Assembly: GCF_031769215.1 (NCBI RefSeq)
Contig: NW_026782057.1
Location: forward strand, 682,001 to 746,000
Length of the DNA: 64,000 nt
DNA from: Ylistrum balloti
Taxonomy: Eukaryota
Direction of reading: 5' to 3'
This document shows, piece by piece, positions 52,500 to 64,000 of the stretch. Within the stretch, counting starts at the first letter, position 1, and each line of letters opens with the position of its first letter. The translations under genes and the position numbers were made by a program. Under the pieces are notes generated by a model that saw only the letters and a list, made by a program, of their open reading frames with translations, did no database searches and was not told the DNA's origin.

Positions 52500-53889
52500 T
52501 GTTAGTATATATATTAAATGCTGTTGATTCCTTAGAAAGATTATGTTATATAAAATTTCACCAATCAGTATTGTGACATGAAAAGAGTGCAATGAAGTGT
52601 ATAGTACTACTGATGTTTTTCTGTAGTTAGATAATGATTCTACTTTAAAAGTAAAAGAAACAAATCCTTAAATTATTTTTCTTCTTATTACTCAATGTTC
52701 ATTCATCTTGTGGTGGAGTGTTATATTGTGTCTTGATAAAATTTTAGTGTAATACTGGTGATGTTGGGAGTTTTACATTATGACAAGGTTTGACTTGACA
52801 GAGAAAAATCATATACCTTTAGAATCTATTTTGATTTTTTTGTCCTCATATTTACAAATACTTGTAATACAAATTAAATCTAGCAGCTAGGTCTTGTTTC
52901 TCAGTTGTGTTTTTTTGTTTTTTGTTTTTTTTTTTAATTTTTGTAACAAAACCATAAGAGGAACAAATGTTCCAGTCGCCCTTTTAACCCAATATCAGGT
53001 ATTTTGAAAAGAAGTTTTTTATCACAACCAATAAGAAATTGGTGTGTAACATTTCAATGACCACTCTGTCATTTTCATTTGAAAAATAATCAGTGCGAAG
53101 CATATTAGCACCAAGGTATTTAATATACTTGTAATCTTGTGTCAAGAAAGATGGAAAGAAGTGTGATGAGATGGTGATAAGATTTTATCAAAAACAAGTC
53201 CAATAACTTATTTTTTACATACAATTTTGCTGCTTCTTATTAGTTTTTATATAAGATCTTATATATTACCAATTATTATTGTTGTACATATTTGAAAGAA
53301 AAAAAAGAAAAGATCTGTAAGGAATTTATAGAGGAAATTTTATTTGTTTTGTCTAGTCATGATCAAGGTAGAAACATCTTGAATGGCTGTCTTCTTTTAT
53401 ATGTTTAAAGGGTAGTAAATTTTTATTAGCTATTTAAAATTTATATCTAATTATGAATAACAAAATTCCATGTAATTAGCATGATCGTCATCATCATGAA
53501 ATTTAATAATCAGTTGATCATGTGTGATTATATGTACAAAAGATTTAATGAGTTTTTAATCCCAGAAGCACAGACTGAAACTGACATTTACTGAAAGTCC
53601 ATTTCCTGTAAAATCATTCCTTTTTAAGGGGATTTATTTTCAGTAATTCCATCGGAATTCTTAAACCATGAATTTATGTATTCACAAAATATTTTTTGTT
53701 GAGAAATATTGACCCAGGAACCAAATGTTGTCCATGAAATAGTGAACATGTAACATGAAAATTGAGATCCACAAATAATGGATAATTTTACAGCGTTCAT
53801 TTAAATTTAGTTTTTGCCAGTCTCTTAAATAACATCATTTATGGATTGTTAAGTTTGAAATACCTGCTAGTATTTAGATTAATTGATTG

Positions 53890-53907
53890 ATATATATATA
53901 AATATGT

Positions 53908-53944
<37 letters not shown>
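53890..53944. repeat. (TA)n/(GA)n microsatellite
   Basis: Directly visible. Confidence 0.9.
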
Positions 53945-53984
53945 TTATTGAATTGCATATGATTTTCTTTGCATTTATAGCTTT

Positions 53985-54600
53985 TTACGCCTCAAGGTCG
54001 AAATATCAGTGGCATTGTTTTTGTGCTGCCTGTTTGTCAGTTGTCAACTATAACCTTGCCAATTACAATTGCACCATAACAGGCAGGGCTTTCATATTTG
54101 GTGTACATGTTCCTTGACAAGACTTTTCCAGTGGTACCAAAATTTGAAACCCTATAACCTTGACTGTGACCTTTGACCTACAAAAGACCATGTACGTTTG
54201 AAAAAATGTAGCATTGGCCATAATTTTACACCATAACAGGCAGGGCTTTCATATTTGGCGTGCATGTTCCTTTGACAAGATTTCAGTGGTAACAAAATTT
54301 GTGACCATATGACCTTGACCTTTGACCTACAAAAGACCATGTATATTTGAAAAATTGTAGCATTGGCCATAACTTTTACACCACAATAGGCAGGACTTTC
54401 ATATTTGGCTTTTCTCGTGGTATCAACCTTGACCATGACATTTGACCTACATTTGAAAGTGAAAAAAATCATTACCACAACGAAGACACAAGTGTTTCAC
54501 AAAGTGTGCATGCAATTAACACTTGCCTTACACAGTACAGTTTTAATGTCCCACTTCAGAATTGTTTTGCAACTGGGGACATAGTGTTACATAAACACCC
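53985..54600. mobile_element. Non-autonomous Helentron/HINE-like element with an internal array of about 155-bp repeats
   Basis: About 2.5 internal units beginning taacaggcagggctttcatatttgg. The terminal block gcatgcaatta...cttcagaatt...gggg.cata is shared with 24815-24910. Confidence 0.55.
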
Positions 54601-55261
54601 CTTTTTTCATTTCCATTTTATAATTATGGATGATGTCAATGGATATCTTGCCAAATTGACTTTATTTTTTAGACTTATATAGACATATGTTTGTAAGAGA
54701 TGGTAGATGCAACACTTAACATATGTAGAGAAATGACTTAATGAATTTCTATGTTGTGAAGATACAAATGAAGAACAACCTTAACTACAGTGGTGTTTTA
54801 ATGCATTTTATTCCTTTGTTTATACATGTTTTGCCTGGTATTTATACATTTGTGAGCCAATGGTGTTTTTATGGAAATGTCATTTCCTTTAGGGTTCATA
54901 ATGGTATATAGCTGTATACTAAGTATCATATGTATTGGTACACACGTACTTGCCTTCTTTTTACAAAGATAATCTTACATGAGTTTTTATTTATATGAGG
55001 TTTACTTTCAAGTCTTACAATTTTTCATTTTACAGTGCCTCTGGTGAAGTATGATGAAAGAAAAAATTGAACTGAGTTTCCAAATCTCAAATCAAAAATT
55101 GAAATGAATAAAAGATTCTGTTTCTCATAACTGAAATGTTTTGGCAACATTTTTGAAAAGAGCATTTTCCTCGACTGATACAAAATCTAAATTGTCAATC
55201 TCTCTTTGTCTCTCTTTGGTGATGTCACAATGCATACAGTACCATGAAGCACATACTTGCC

Positions 55262-55480
55262 CATCCTTGTTACTACAGGGGTTACGATCACTTTCGCTTT
55301 CTGCACCCCTGGAATATGTCCTGGCAAAATAGAAGGCACAAGCAATGTAATTTGATTGATTCTAGAAGAAAAAAATTGGCAAATGAAGGAACTTATTACA
55401 GAGCGACACATGGAACCTTCAATTTTGCCATGACATGTTTTTCAGGGGTGCAGAGAGCGAGAATGATACTATCCAACCCT
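55262..55480. mobile_element. MITE copy 4, right end degraded
   Basis: Starts catccttgttactacaggggttacgatcacttt and carries the shared caattttgccatgacatg...ggggtgcagaga arm. Confidence 0.65.
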
Positions 55481-57149
55481 CACAATTTAGGAGGCAGGCA
55501 TACGATTTCGGACCCCTAATTTTGTGGTTTTAAACAAGTAAATTTGCTGAAATATTCTTTTATTCTATTTACAAGTTTGATTTCTTTACTGAGAATAGAT
55601 TTTCACCCAAATACAAAGTGTAGTTAGATGGGTATATTGCCTAAATAAAATTCTTATTTGGGTTCTTAAAATCAATAAGATTGCCTGTTTTTCCATGAAA
55701 TATGATTTACATATTATTTACACTAAACAAATTCTATGTCATTCTGATCTCCATGAGTTACTACCCTTTGTCAGATGGTATAGCAATGAGCTTGACTGCC
55801 GATAGGCCGAGAATGATTCTGTGTATATTGCTACTGTTGAAATGTCAAAGTCTAAGCTGTATACTTTATAGTGTTATCATACTGCATGTATGATTGAGGA
55901 CTGGATATATAATGTTACCAATGTCCTTCCATCCTGTTCTAGTGGTCATTACTTGAATACCATTAAACATATCAGATTCTCGTTTGCATAGAAGCAGAGG
56001 CATTTATATCTTTATAGATTTCAATATATGATAAACATAAGAAATCTAAAATGTACTTAGAATACAGATGTATAACTCAGAAACACATTTGTTATGATGC
56101 AATGACTGATTATATCAAGCATCATGAACTCTGATTGCAATGTATTGTTATATTACAGTAATAAAGATGATTTGCGAAGTGTTTAACTGTTTTAAGTTGA
56201 CATTTCTGGGCCAACTGGACCAGGCTTTGTTCGTGAAGTGTATGAACTATATTCTCTACATGGCAGACACAGTGTTTATTGCTGATACAGGGACATTGTC
56301 TTTAGATGACAAATTAATATTTATATACACTGTGGCAGCTATCCATGAAATTAAATTGTTTATTGATGACACAGTGACATTGTCTATAGAGGACATATTT
56401 CCTCCATCAGCCATTCCATGTTGGAATTTGCTGAAATGTAATGAAAGTGACACTGCATAGTAATGACATAATGACACTGTCTGATGATGACACAGTGACA
56501 TTTTCTGTGTTCTAATTTATTATTGTGAGAGTGTCATTGTTTTTTAGGCAGGCATTCAGAAGTAAGTTCCTCATATGAAGGTGTAGTTTTGGATTGAAAT
56601 AGTGATATTTCAGGATTTTTAGTCTAAACGTGCAGTTATGTTTTCATCCTATTATCACAGCCTTTGGAATTAATTGTTACTACCAATCCTAGCTTTCTGA
56701 TAGGTGGAAATTTTCAAAAGTTCATCAGTGTCCCCTGGTGGCAGGTGTCTACTATAAACAATGCCACTGTCTTTTTTTTAAAAAAAAAACTGTCATGCAT
56801 GCATACATTTTCTGTAAGACAAAAAAGTATTATTATACTAAAAACTTACCAAAATTGACAGTCTAGGTGTTCATAAAAATTGCGCCAATTACACACTAGC
56901 ATTGCATTGGTTTGCAGGGGATTCTCTAATGCATGACAATATGGCTGAACACACAGAATTATAAAAAAGTCGATTTTGCTTTGATATTTGTTCGTAAGTA
57001 ACAGTATCATTGGTTTTGATTTGTCAATTGGAATAATCTACTCCTTGACTTTTACCCCAAGTGAGGGTACATTCAAGTTCATGTTTCCAACAAGAGTAAA
57101 GTTTAGAGTAGTAATCGTTTTCACAATTACATCTGATATTTTCTATAGC

Positions 57150-60100
57150 TTGGGAGGTGCCGGTGGAAGGCTGGTGGTTTCCGGATGACACTTTTCCTTC
57201 ATGAAGTAACCAACCCGATTCCTCTAGTGAAAGTAGATTCTCCAATCTTGGCCTTGTTTGAACCTGTAGGTACACTCTTTTAATGTGACACTTGGCTGCC
57301 GCAAATGTTGGAGGAAGCATGTGGACTTGCACTGAGGGTTTTCCACGAATGATCCATCTACAAACCTATGGTACAATAAAACTTGTCCTCTCGGCTTCCA
57401 TTGGTCAGAATGGCTACTGTTTTTTCACCAGTGATGATGATTTATGCAGATGAAGAGTCTCTACAAAGACATCTGCATGTTTTTTCAGGGTGATGTCCGT
57501 TTTTTAACGAGACTGCAACGCAGTCTAAGGGAAGGAAAACCCCAACAGAAAAACCCTGGTCCTCTGAGTCTGGAGGTTGGGCAGGAGGCGAACTACCTCC
57601 TCCCAGAAAAAACTGATTACAAAATTTATGGACATCAATCAACATGAAAACCTTGGAGGAGAGGGGATTGCCGGCATTGGCACTATGGCGATGATGGGTG
57701 AAAGCTTACCGGAAACTCCGCGTACGACGAGATCTCTTGCAAGCCCCAAAACAACTTTTTCCATTGGACATCAGAATGTGAGAACGATGTACAGAGGAGG
57801 AGCAACGGCACAGATAGCAAGGGAGATGGAGGGGTACCACATGAATGTACTTGGGATTATTGAGTGCAGATGGACTGGAGCAGGCAGGATGAAGCTGGCA
57901 ACAGGACAGACACTGATTTACAGTGGAGAGGAAGAACTGCACGAGGGAGGTGTTGCCATCCTGATTAGCCAGAAAGCAGTAACATCGCTCATGGAATGGA
58001 CTCCTATCAACAAGAGAATCATAACAGCCAGATTCTATTCGAGGTATGGAAGAATAAGCAGCATACAAGTCTATGCCCCCCACAAGGAGAAGATCCTGAG
58101 AAGGAGCAGTTCTATCAGGAGCTCCAGGAAACAGTCGATGGATGTAACAAGAACGACATCATCATCATCATCATTGGGGATCTGAACGCCAATGTTGGGA
58201 GTGATAACACCGGATATGAGAGGACAATGGGTGTGTACGGGTTTGGAACACAGAATGACAATGGAGAGAGATTATGCGAGTTCTGTCAACTGAGTGGGCT
58301 GGTGATAACAGGTACATTATTCCCCCACAAAGACATCCATAAGGCAACATGGGTGTCAGCAGAGTAAAGAACCAAATCGATTATCTCTTGATCAGCGGGC
58401 AGTGGAGATCATCCATACTGGACACCAGAGTACAGAGGGGTGCAGATACCAACAGCGACCACTACCTTGTGAGGACCAATATCAAACTACGCCTTCAGTC
58501 ACACAGAAATAAGAAAAAGGTTAAGCCAAAGATTGATGTTGACCGAGTAAAGGACGAGGAAACCAAGCGAAAATTCTGTAAGTCAGTGAGGAGTAAGCTT
58601 GAGGAGAACAGGACTGAGATTGAGGATATAGAAGAGATATGGGAACAACAGAGGAGTGCCTACACCAACGCGGCAGGGGAAGTGCTTGGGTCCAGGAAAG
58701 GGAAGAGCAAGCCATGGATAACTGACAACACCTGGAAACTGATAGATGAGAGGAAAGACATTAAGATCAGGACTGACAGTACTTGCTCAGAGAGGGTCAA
58801 GAACAGGATGAAGGAGGATTACAGGGAGAAATGCTCAGAGGTGAAAAGAAGTGTGAGGGAAGACAAGAGGAGATGGATGACGGAGAAATCACAGCTCAGC
58901 CAGCAACAGAGAACGGGCGACAGAAAGAACTCTACAGCATAGTAAAACAGCTGACAGGACATAGCACCAGGCAAGCAGCTGCGATGAAGAGCAAGGATGG
59001 AGAGCTGCTGAAGAACAAAGAAGCTAGGAAGGAAAGATGGAAGGAGCATTTCCAGGAAGTGCTTAACAGAGAAGAACCACCACAAGAAGAAGGTGAAGGA
59101 AACTCCATCCTTGCAAGAAATAAGAGATGCACTGAAAACCCTCAATGATGGAAAGGCTCCTGGAGCAGACCAAATTACTGCTGAGATGCTCAAGGCAGAC
59201 CTTGAGCTGACAAGTATTGAGCTAAGATGGATTTTTGACTTCATTTGGCAGAAAGAAGCAGTTCCTACACAATGGAAAAAAGGACTCATTTGCAAATTTT
59301 CAAAGAAAGACAACCTACAGGAATGTGGAAATTGGAGGGAAGTTACGTTGCTGCCACTGGTCAGCAAGGTGCTCAGCAGGATCCTGCTCAACAGGATACT
59401 GACAGAAGTGGATTTATCACTCAGGAAGGCCCAAGCCGGCTTTCGGACAGGCAGAGGAACTGTGGTCCAGATATTCATTCTCAGGAATATCTTGGAACAA
59501 GTCAACGAATGGAATGCTACATTGTACATCCACTTCGTCGACTTTGAAAACATTCTTTGGATCAGTGTGGAATCCCTATGAAACTGGTCCAGATGGTCAA
59601 GACCCTTTATGAGGACTTCCAGTGCTCAGTCATAGATGAGGGTGAAACAATTGAGTGGTTTCAAGTGATGACCGGAGTGAAACAGGACTGCTGCATGTCA
59701 GGTGTCCTTTTCTTCCTTGTAATCGACTGGGTAATGCGGCGAACAACAGATGGGAAGAGAACTGGAATCAGATGGAACTTCACAACAATGATAGAAGACC
59801 TTGATTTTGCAGATGATCTTGCCCTTCTTTCATCTGCCATGAACCATCTATAACAGAAGACAGCAAGGCTTGAAGAAAATGCTGCCAAAGTAGGGCTGAA
59901 GCTCAACGACAAGAAATACAAGGTGATAAAAGCTAACAGAAGGAATGAGAGAAGTTGAAGGTGCGAGGGAATGAAGTAGAAGAGGTAGAGATCATTATAT
60001 ATCTGGGAGCTAATGTAACAAAGGACGGTGGAGGAACAGCGGACGTTAAAAAGAGAATAACCTTGGCAAGTGGACAGTTCAAACGGCTATCGAACATCTG

Positions 60101-60600
60101 GCAAGCTGGAGACATCAACAGAAAGGTCAAAGTCTCCCTTTTTAAGAGCCTCATACTATCGATGTTGCTCTATGGATGTGAGACTTGGAAATTGACCATG
60201 GGGGAGGAAGGAAATTAGATATCTTCAAAGTAAGTGTCTGAGAAGGAATCATTAGGATTCGGTGGGAGCAGCACATCTCGAATAAGACAGTTCTGGAGAT
60301 GGTAGGGACAGTGAAGATAAGCCAGGAGGTGAGAAGAAGGAGATGGAGCTGGATTGGACGCGTCCTGAGGAAGGATCAACGGGATGACTGTGCTGTGGCC
60401 CTCGGGTGGACACCAGAGGGAAAAAGGAAAAGAGGCAGCCGTAAAACAGCTTGGCGAAGAATGGTGGAGGTGGAGTGGAATGGTGCTGGCTGGAGTACCT
60501 GGAACTCTGCACGCCGTGCCGCCGAAGATCGAAAACAGTGGAGAAGGGATGTCCAAGCCTTGTGTGCCTCCTGGCACAGAGAGACTTAAGGTTAAGATAA
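57150..60600 (+). mobile_element. RTE-clade non-LTR retrotransposon, near full length, inactivated by stops, frameshifts and deletions
   Basis: AP endonuclease fragments (IGHQNVRTM, NVLGIIECRW, GVAILI, IQVYAP, IIIGDLNANVG, NQIDYLLI, SDHYLV). RT fragments (KAPGADQITAEMLK, QAGFRTGRG, GVKQDCCMSG, DLDFADDLALL, YLGANV, MLLYGCETW, RRRWSWIGRVLR). Short (TAAG)-like 3' tail at about 60586-60601. The 5' boundary is approximate and no TSD was found. Confidence 0.9.
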
Positions 60601-60602
60601 GA

Positions 60603-61121
60603 TGGAGGGTGAAATGTTCAATATTATTCGTGCATTGTACAATGATATAAAATGTGTTAAATTAAATTAATATTTATCTGATTTCTTTAATTGTAAGAAT
60701 GGATTGTTTCAAGGCGAAATAATGTCGCCGATTTTATTTTCCCTTTACGGTAATGATTTTGAGAAGAATTTTTTTCTAACTAATAATTGTCCACTAGAAT
60801 TAAAAACTATTAATTCATTTTTATTAATGCATGTAGATGATATGATATAATCAGCTGAATCATCAGCAGGGTTGCAGAAAATTCTCTGTTCAATATACCG
60901 ATAAACGGGATTTAACTGTAAATGTTGACAAAACAAAAGGTAGGAGTTTTTAGAAATTAATCTAAGTTAAAGATTACCGACAAATGATTTCATAATGGAT
61001 ACTGGTAAAGGTTAGAAAACGTTGATAGTTTTATTTATTTTGGTATTCTGATGATATTCAATGAAATCTTTTTCGGTTTGACACAACCAAAAATAACCGA
61101 GCAAGAAAAAAATGTTAATTG

Positions 61122-61183
<62 letters not shown>

Positions 61184-61480
61184 AAATTCAATTCAGTGTT
61201 TTGGAAACCTTTCTTAATAGTATTCTGAACTATTGTTCTCAGGTTTGGGGATTTCACAAAGCGCCTGATACAGATAAAATACATAAATTGTTGTAAGAGA
61301 ATCTTGGGGGTTAAAATAGTATTTCAAACATTATGATTTACCAAGCATTTGGCAGATATTTCTATATATAATTCGCAAATTTAGAATTTTGAGATATTGA
61401 CTCAAACTTAGAAACTCAGATAATGTATGTACTAAGGGCTAGTTTTGAAAATATATAAATTCTTATACAATGACTATCTT
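60603..61480 (+). mobile_element. Older degraded LINE reverse-transcriptase and C-terminal fragment, interrupted by a (CA)n(TA)n microsatellite
   Basis: Broken frames give MFNIIRALYND, GLFQGEIMSPILFSLY, HVDDMI, GLQKIL, VNVDKTK and CKRILGVK. Confidence 0.75.
61121..61181. repeat. (CA)n(TA)n compound microsatellite
   Basis: Directly visible. Confidence 0.95.
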
Positions 61481-62147
61481 TCTTTTTCGGGGTGGTATTT
61501 CAACTATGTTAAACATATTACATTGCCAAGAAATTATGTCTCTTGTGCCATACCCAAGGGTCAATTCTTGCACCATGAATGTGTTCATCTATTGATACCT
61601 CTATAGTTATGCGATGAGGATATCGCCTGTTTCAACGATATAACCCATAGTTAAAAAGATAATTGTGACGTAATGATGGACAGACATAACAATTTTTAGA
61701 CTGTGGTATCCATTCAGGAACCTAGCCACAATCTGAGACATATAGTGTGTTTTTGAGTTTATGGAGAACCCCTGCATCCTGTAAAGGATCCACTCCAACC
61801 CGCTGGTGTCATAAATCATGGCCGAAGGAAACTTCTCAATGAAATAACTGAGCAACATCATAGCGGATATTGAAGATACAAATCCTCTTAAACGAATAAG
61901 GATGGAAACTGAAACTACTAACACACCGCCAACGGACACTTCAGGAGACAATCAGCCAACCCTTGATGGTATCAATACTCAATCCAACACAATATCTGAA
62001 TTTTTTAAAATCTACTTTATAAACCTTCACCTAAAACAAGAACTGTAAAATTTACGTCAGTATAAGAATTGTCATGTCTGTCCATTATTACGTCTCAATA
62101 ATCTTTATAACCGCAAAGTTATACTTCATACGTCTTTATATTCTGTG

Positions 62148-62196
62148 AATTTGTCCTGATGACGGTCGCATAGCGGTCGAAACATGTCCACGGATT
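62148..62196 (+). ncRNA. Minimal hammerhead ribozyme motif of the Penelope-associated type, slightly degenerate
   Basis: CTGATGA (62156-62162), extra C, stem II ggtcgc-ata-gcggtc, GAAA, palindromic ACATGT stem III, GTC triplet, stem I aatttgt/acggatt with a C-C mismatch at the first pair. Confidence 0.65.
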
Positions 62197-62794
62197 ATTC
62201 TATAAATAGAACTACAACAATCGTTCCTGGATATTGAGAATCCTTTATTTTCGCTTTATATTTTCTTTTTTGTAACTAAGTAACATAACTTATATCACTT
62301 ACTTAGAATTAATGTAAAAACCTTTATCTTTATTACGCATATTAATTTTTACTAAAATTTTGAATTCAATTTTGAAAAATAAAAGAAAATTAAAAAAAAA
62401 AAATAATGTCCTATCACCACCATCGCCACTTTTGATGTGAGATTTACATTTGATTTCCATATAACACTTAATGCATTAATAATATAAAACTTAAATTAAA
62501 AAGATAAATTGAACAGCATTGTATTTTAATTTTTTTGCAAAGCTTACATTAAAACCTTGGCCAACTTGACACACTCCCAGTCCCAAAATGTTTCAAACAC
62601 GAGCAACAAATTGAAATCAATTTTCGAGATGACCTCAACTGCATGTACAAACACATGTTTAACGAGTCTAAATGTGGTTGGGTGGATGATACATGCGGAG
62701 GACACCTCAAACTTCCTGAGGCATCAGTATGCGCCAATTAATGTGTCCTGTCCTTGATCGGGCGTCCATGATATTTTGTGTTATTTTGATATTG

Positions 62795-63990
62795 TTAGAT
62801 ATCATCTGGGACGTATAATCGGGCGTCCCTGATATTATGTGGTTGAACGTTGTTGTTGGCCAGAAACTGGTCCCAAAGATGCTCCATCGGGGACAAATCA
62901 GGGCTATATGGCGGCCAATCTAGTGGTTGTATGTTGTTGTTGGCCAGAAAGACTTGGCAAATCCTTGCTACGTGGGGCCTAGCATTATCCTGCTGGAGGG
63001 CTAGATTATGATGCTGTAAGAAAGGGATAACATGGGATCGGAGGATCTCGTCTCTATACTTAGCTGCTGTTAAATTGCCATCAATAACTACCAATTGTAA
63101 TTTTAACCCGTGTGAGATTCCTCCCCACACCATTACTGAACCGACCCCAAACCTATCCCTCTCTACAACGCAAGCGTCCGTAAAACGTTCGCCACGACGT
63201 CGGTAGACACGTTGACGGCTGTCAAATCAATAAAGACAGAACTTGTCTCCGCTGACTGTGTGGAAACCGTCGTGGAGCATGTGCAACGACCCAGGCCATA
63301 CGGCGCTGACGTCGAGCAGAGGTAAGGTGTGGACCTACGTAGGGGCGACGTGCTCTTACAAAAACTTCTCGTAATCGATTCCTTACAGTTTTTGAACTTA
63401 TAGGACGCCCATGATTTCCACGAACATTAAGTGCACTCTCAACGGCAGTAAGGCGCCGAATACGCACATGAGAGACGACGATATAGCGATCCTGACGTCG
63501 TGACGTTACGCGCGGACGTCCTGACCTAGGTCGATCGGCCAATCGCCCAGTTTCCCGAAGACGTCTTACAAGACGTTCTATGGTGGAAACATTATCACCA
63601 AAGTGCCTAGCAACCTGATTTTGCAGCTGTCCTTGCATCAGCATCTGAATGGCCTGACCCCTCTGAAATTCTGTGAGTCGTACCATTCTTAAAACGAATC
63701 GAATTCTCAATTAATTTTAGGGAAGCAGTTGGTCTGTATAAAGACTAACGAAGAGTGACTTGACCAACGCTGCATGAGACCAGAACAACACGGTGCACGA
63801 GATTCTTGTTTTTTCCTTCCTCCATTTACCAGTGCCATAGCGGGAAATACTTGTCCTTTGAGATATATACAGAGTTACTGTTCTTGGCGAGTGAACAGTT
63901 TCTTGTGCATGAAAGCCCGAGTTTGTTGAGTTTTCCGTCTGTTGTTCGCTATCGATGAAAAATTAAGTCTATTACTTTCGGCGAATTATA
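62795..63990 (-). mobile_element. Tc1-family (DD34E) DNA transposon, defective; transposase ATG at 63686
   Basis: N-terminal HTH region with GRPRVTS and TVRNRL, then VMVWGGIS, QQDNARPH and WPPYSPDLSPME with 34 residues between D and E. A deletion/frameshift near 63230 removes the first catalytic Asp. The 3' end is rearranged and only one possible terminus was seen. Confidence 0.9.
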
Positions 63991-64000
63991 GTTGAAGTAT

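Noticed and set aside
52500-55112. A 2.6-kb MAPK 3' UTR ending at AATAAA 55107-55112
   Set aside because: Plausible, but AATAAA is too frequent in this AT-rich DNA to assign without transcript data.
57100-57650. HDV-like ribozyme expected at an RTE 5' end
   Set aside because: No consistent P1/P2/P3/P1.1 pairing could be built by eye; only simple hairpins were seen. A descriptor-based search would be needed.
58819-59553. 244-aa minus-strand ORF and other antisense ORFs over the RTE
   Set aside because: Antisense shadow of the retrotransposon coding frame, with no recognisable domain.
61607-61951. 114-aa minus-strand ORF
   Set aside because: No splice context or recognisable domain. It lies in transposon debris and is more likely an antisense read of a decayed element.

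Overview
AT-rich, intron-containing animal genomic DNA, most likely a mollusc and probably a bivalve. The taxon is inferred from the gene structures and repeat types. Six protein-coding genes were reconstructed exon by exon, with GT-AG boundaries and consistent reading phases: the 3' part of NOL6/Utp22 (+), a CREB3-family ER-membrane bZIP factor (-), HSCB/HSC20 (-), LSM6 (+), IDH3A (-) and an atypical ERK3/4-type MAP kinase (+). HSCB/LSM6 and IDH3A/MAPK are head-to-head pairs. The rest of the window is transposon debris: a near full-length disrupted RTE LINE, two older LINE fragments, a broken DD34E Tc1 element, a four-copy MITE family with 9-bp target-site duplications, HINE-like elements and a tRNA-derived SINE, plus several intronic minisatellites. 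The most notable observations are three separate minimal type-I hammerhead ribozyme loci (one with an intact core, in a tandem pair), a MAPK with a T-D-G activation loop and S-P-E motif, and a HSCB/LSM6 divergent promoter carrying two TCTCGCGAGA-type motifs. The CREB3-like gene also has UPRE-type sites in its promoter and a tandem duplication of one of its splice donors. All calls were made by eye, without searches or folding software.
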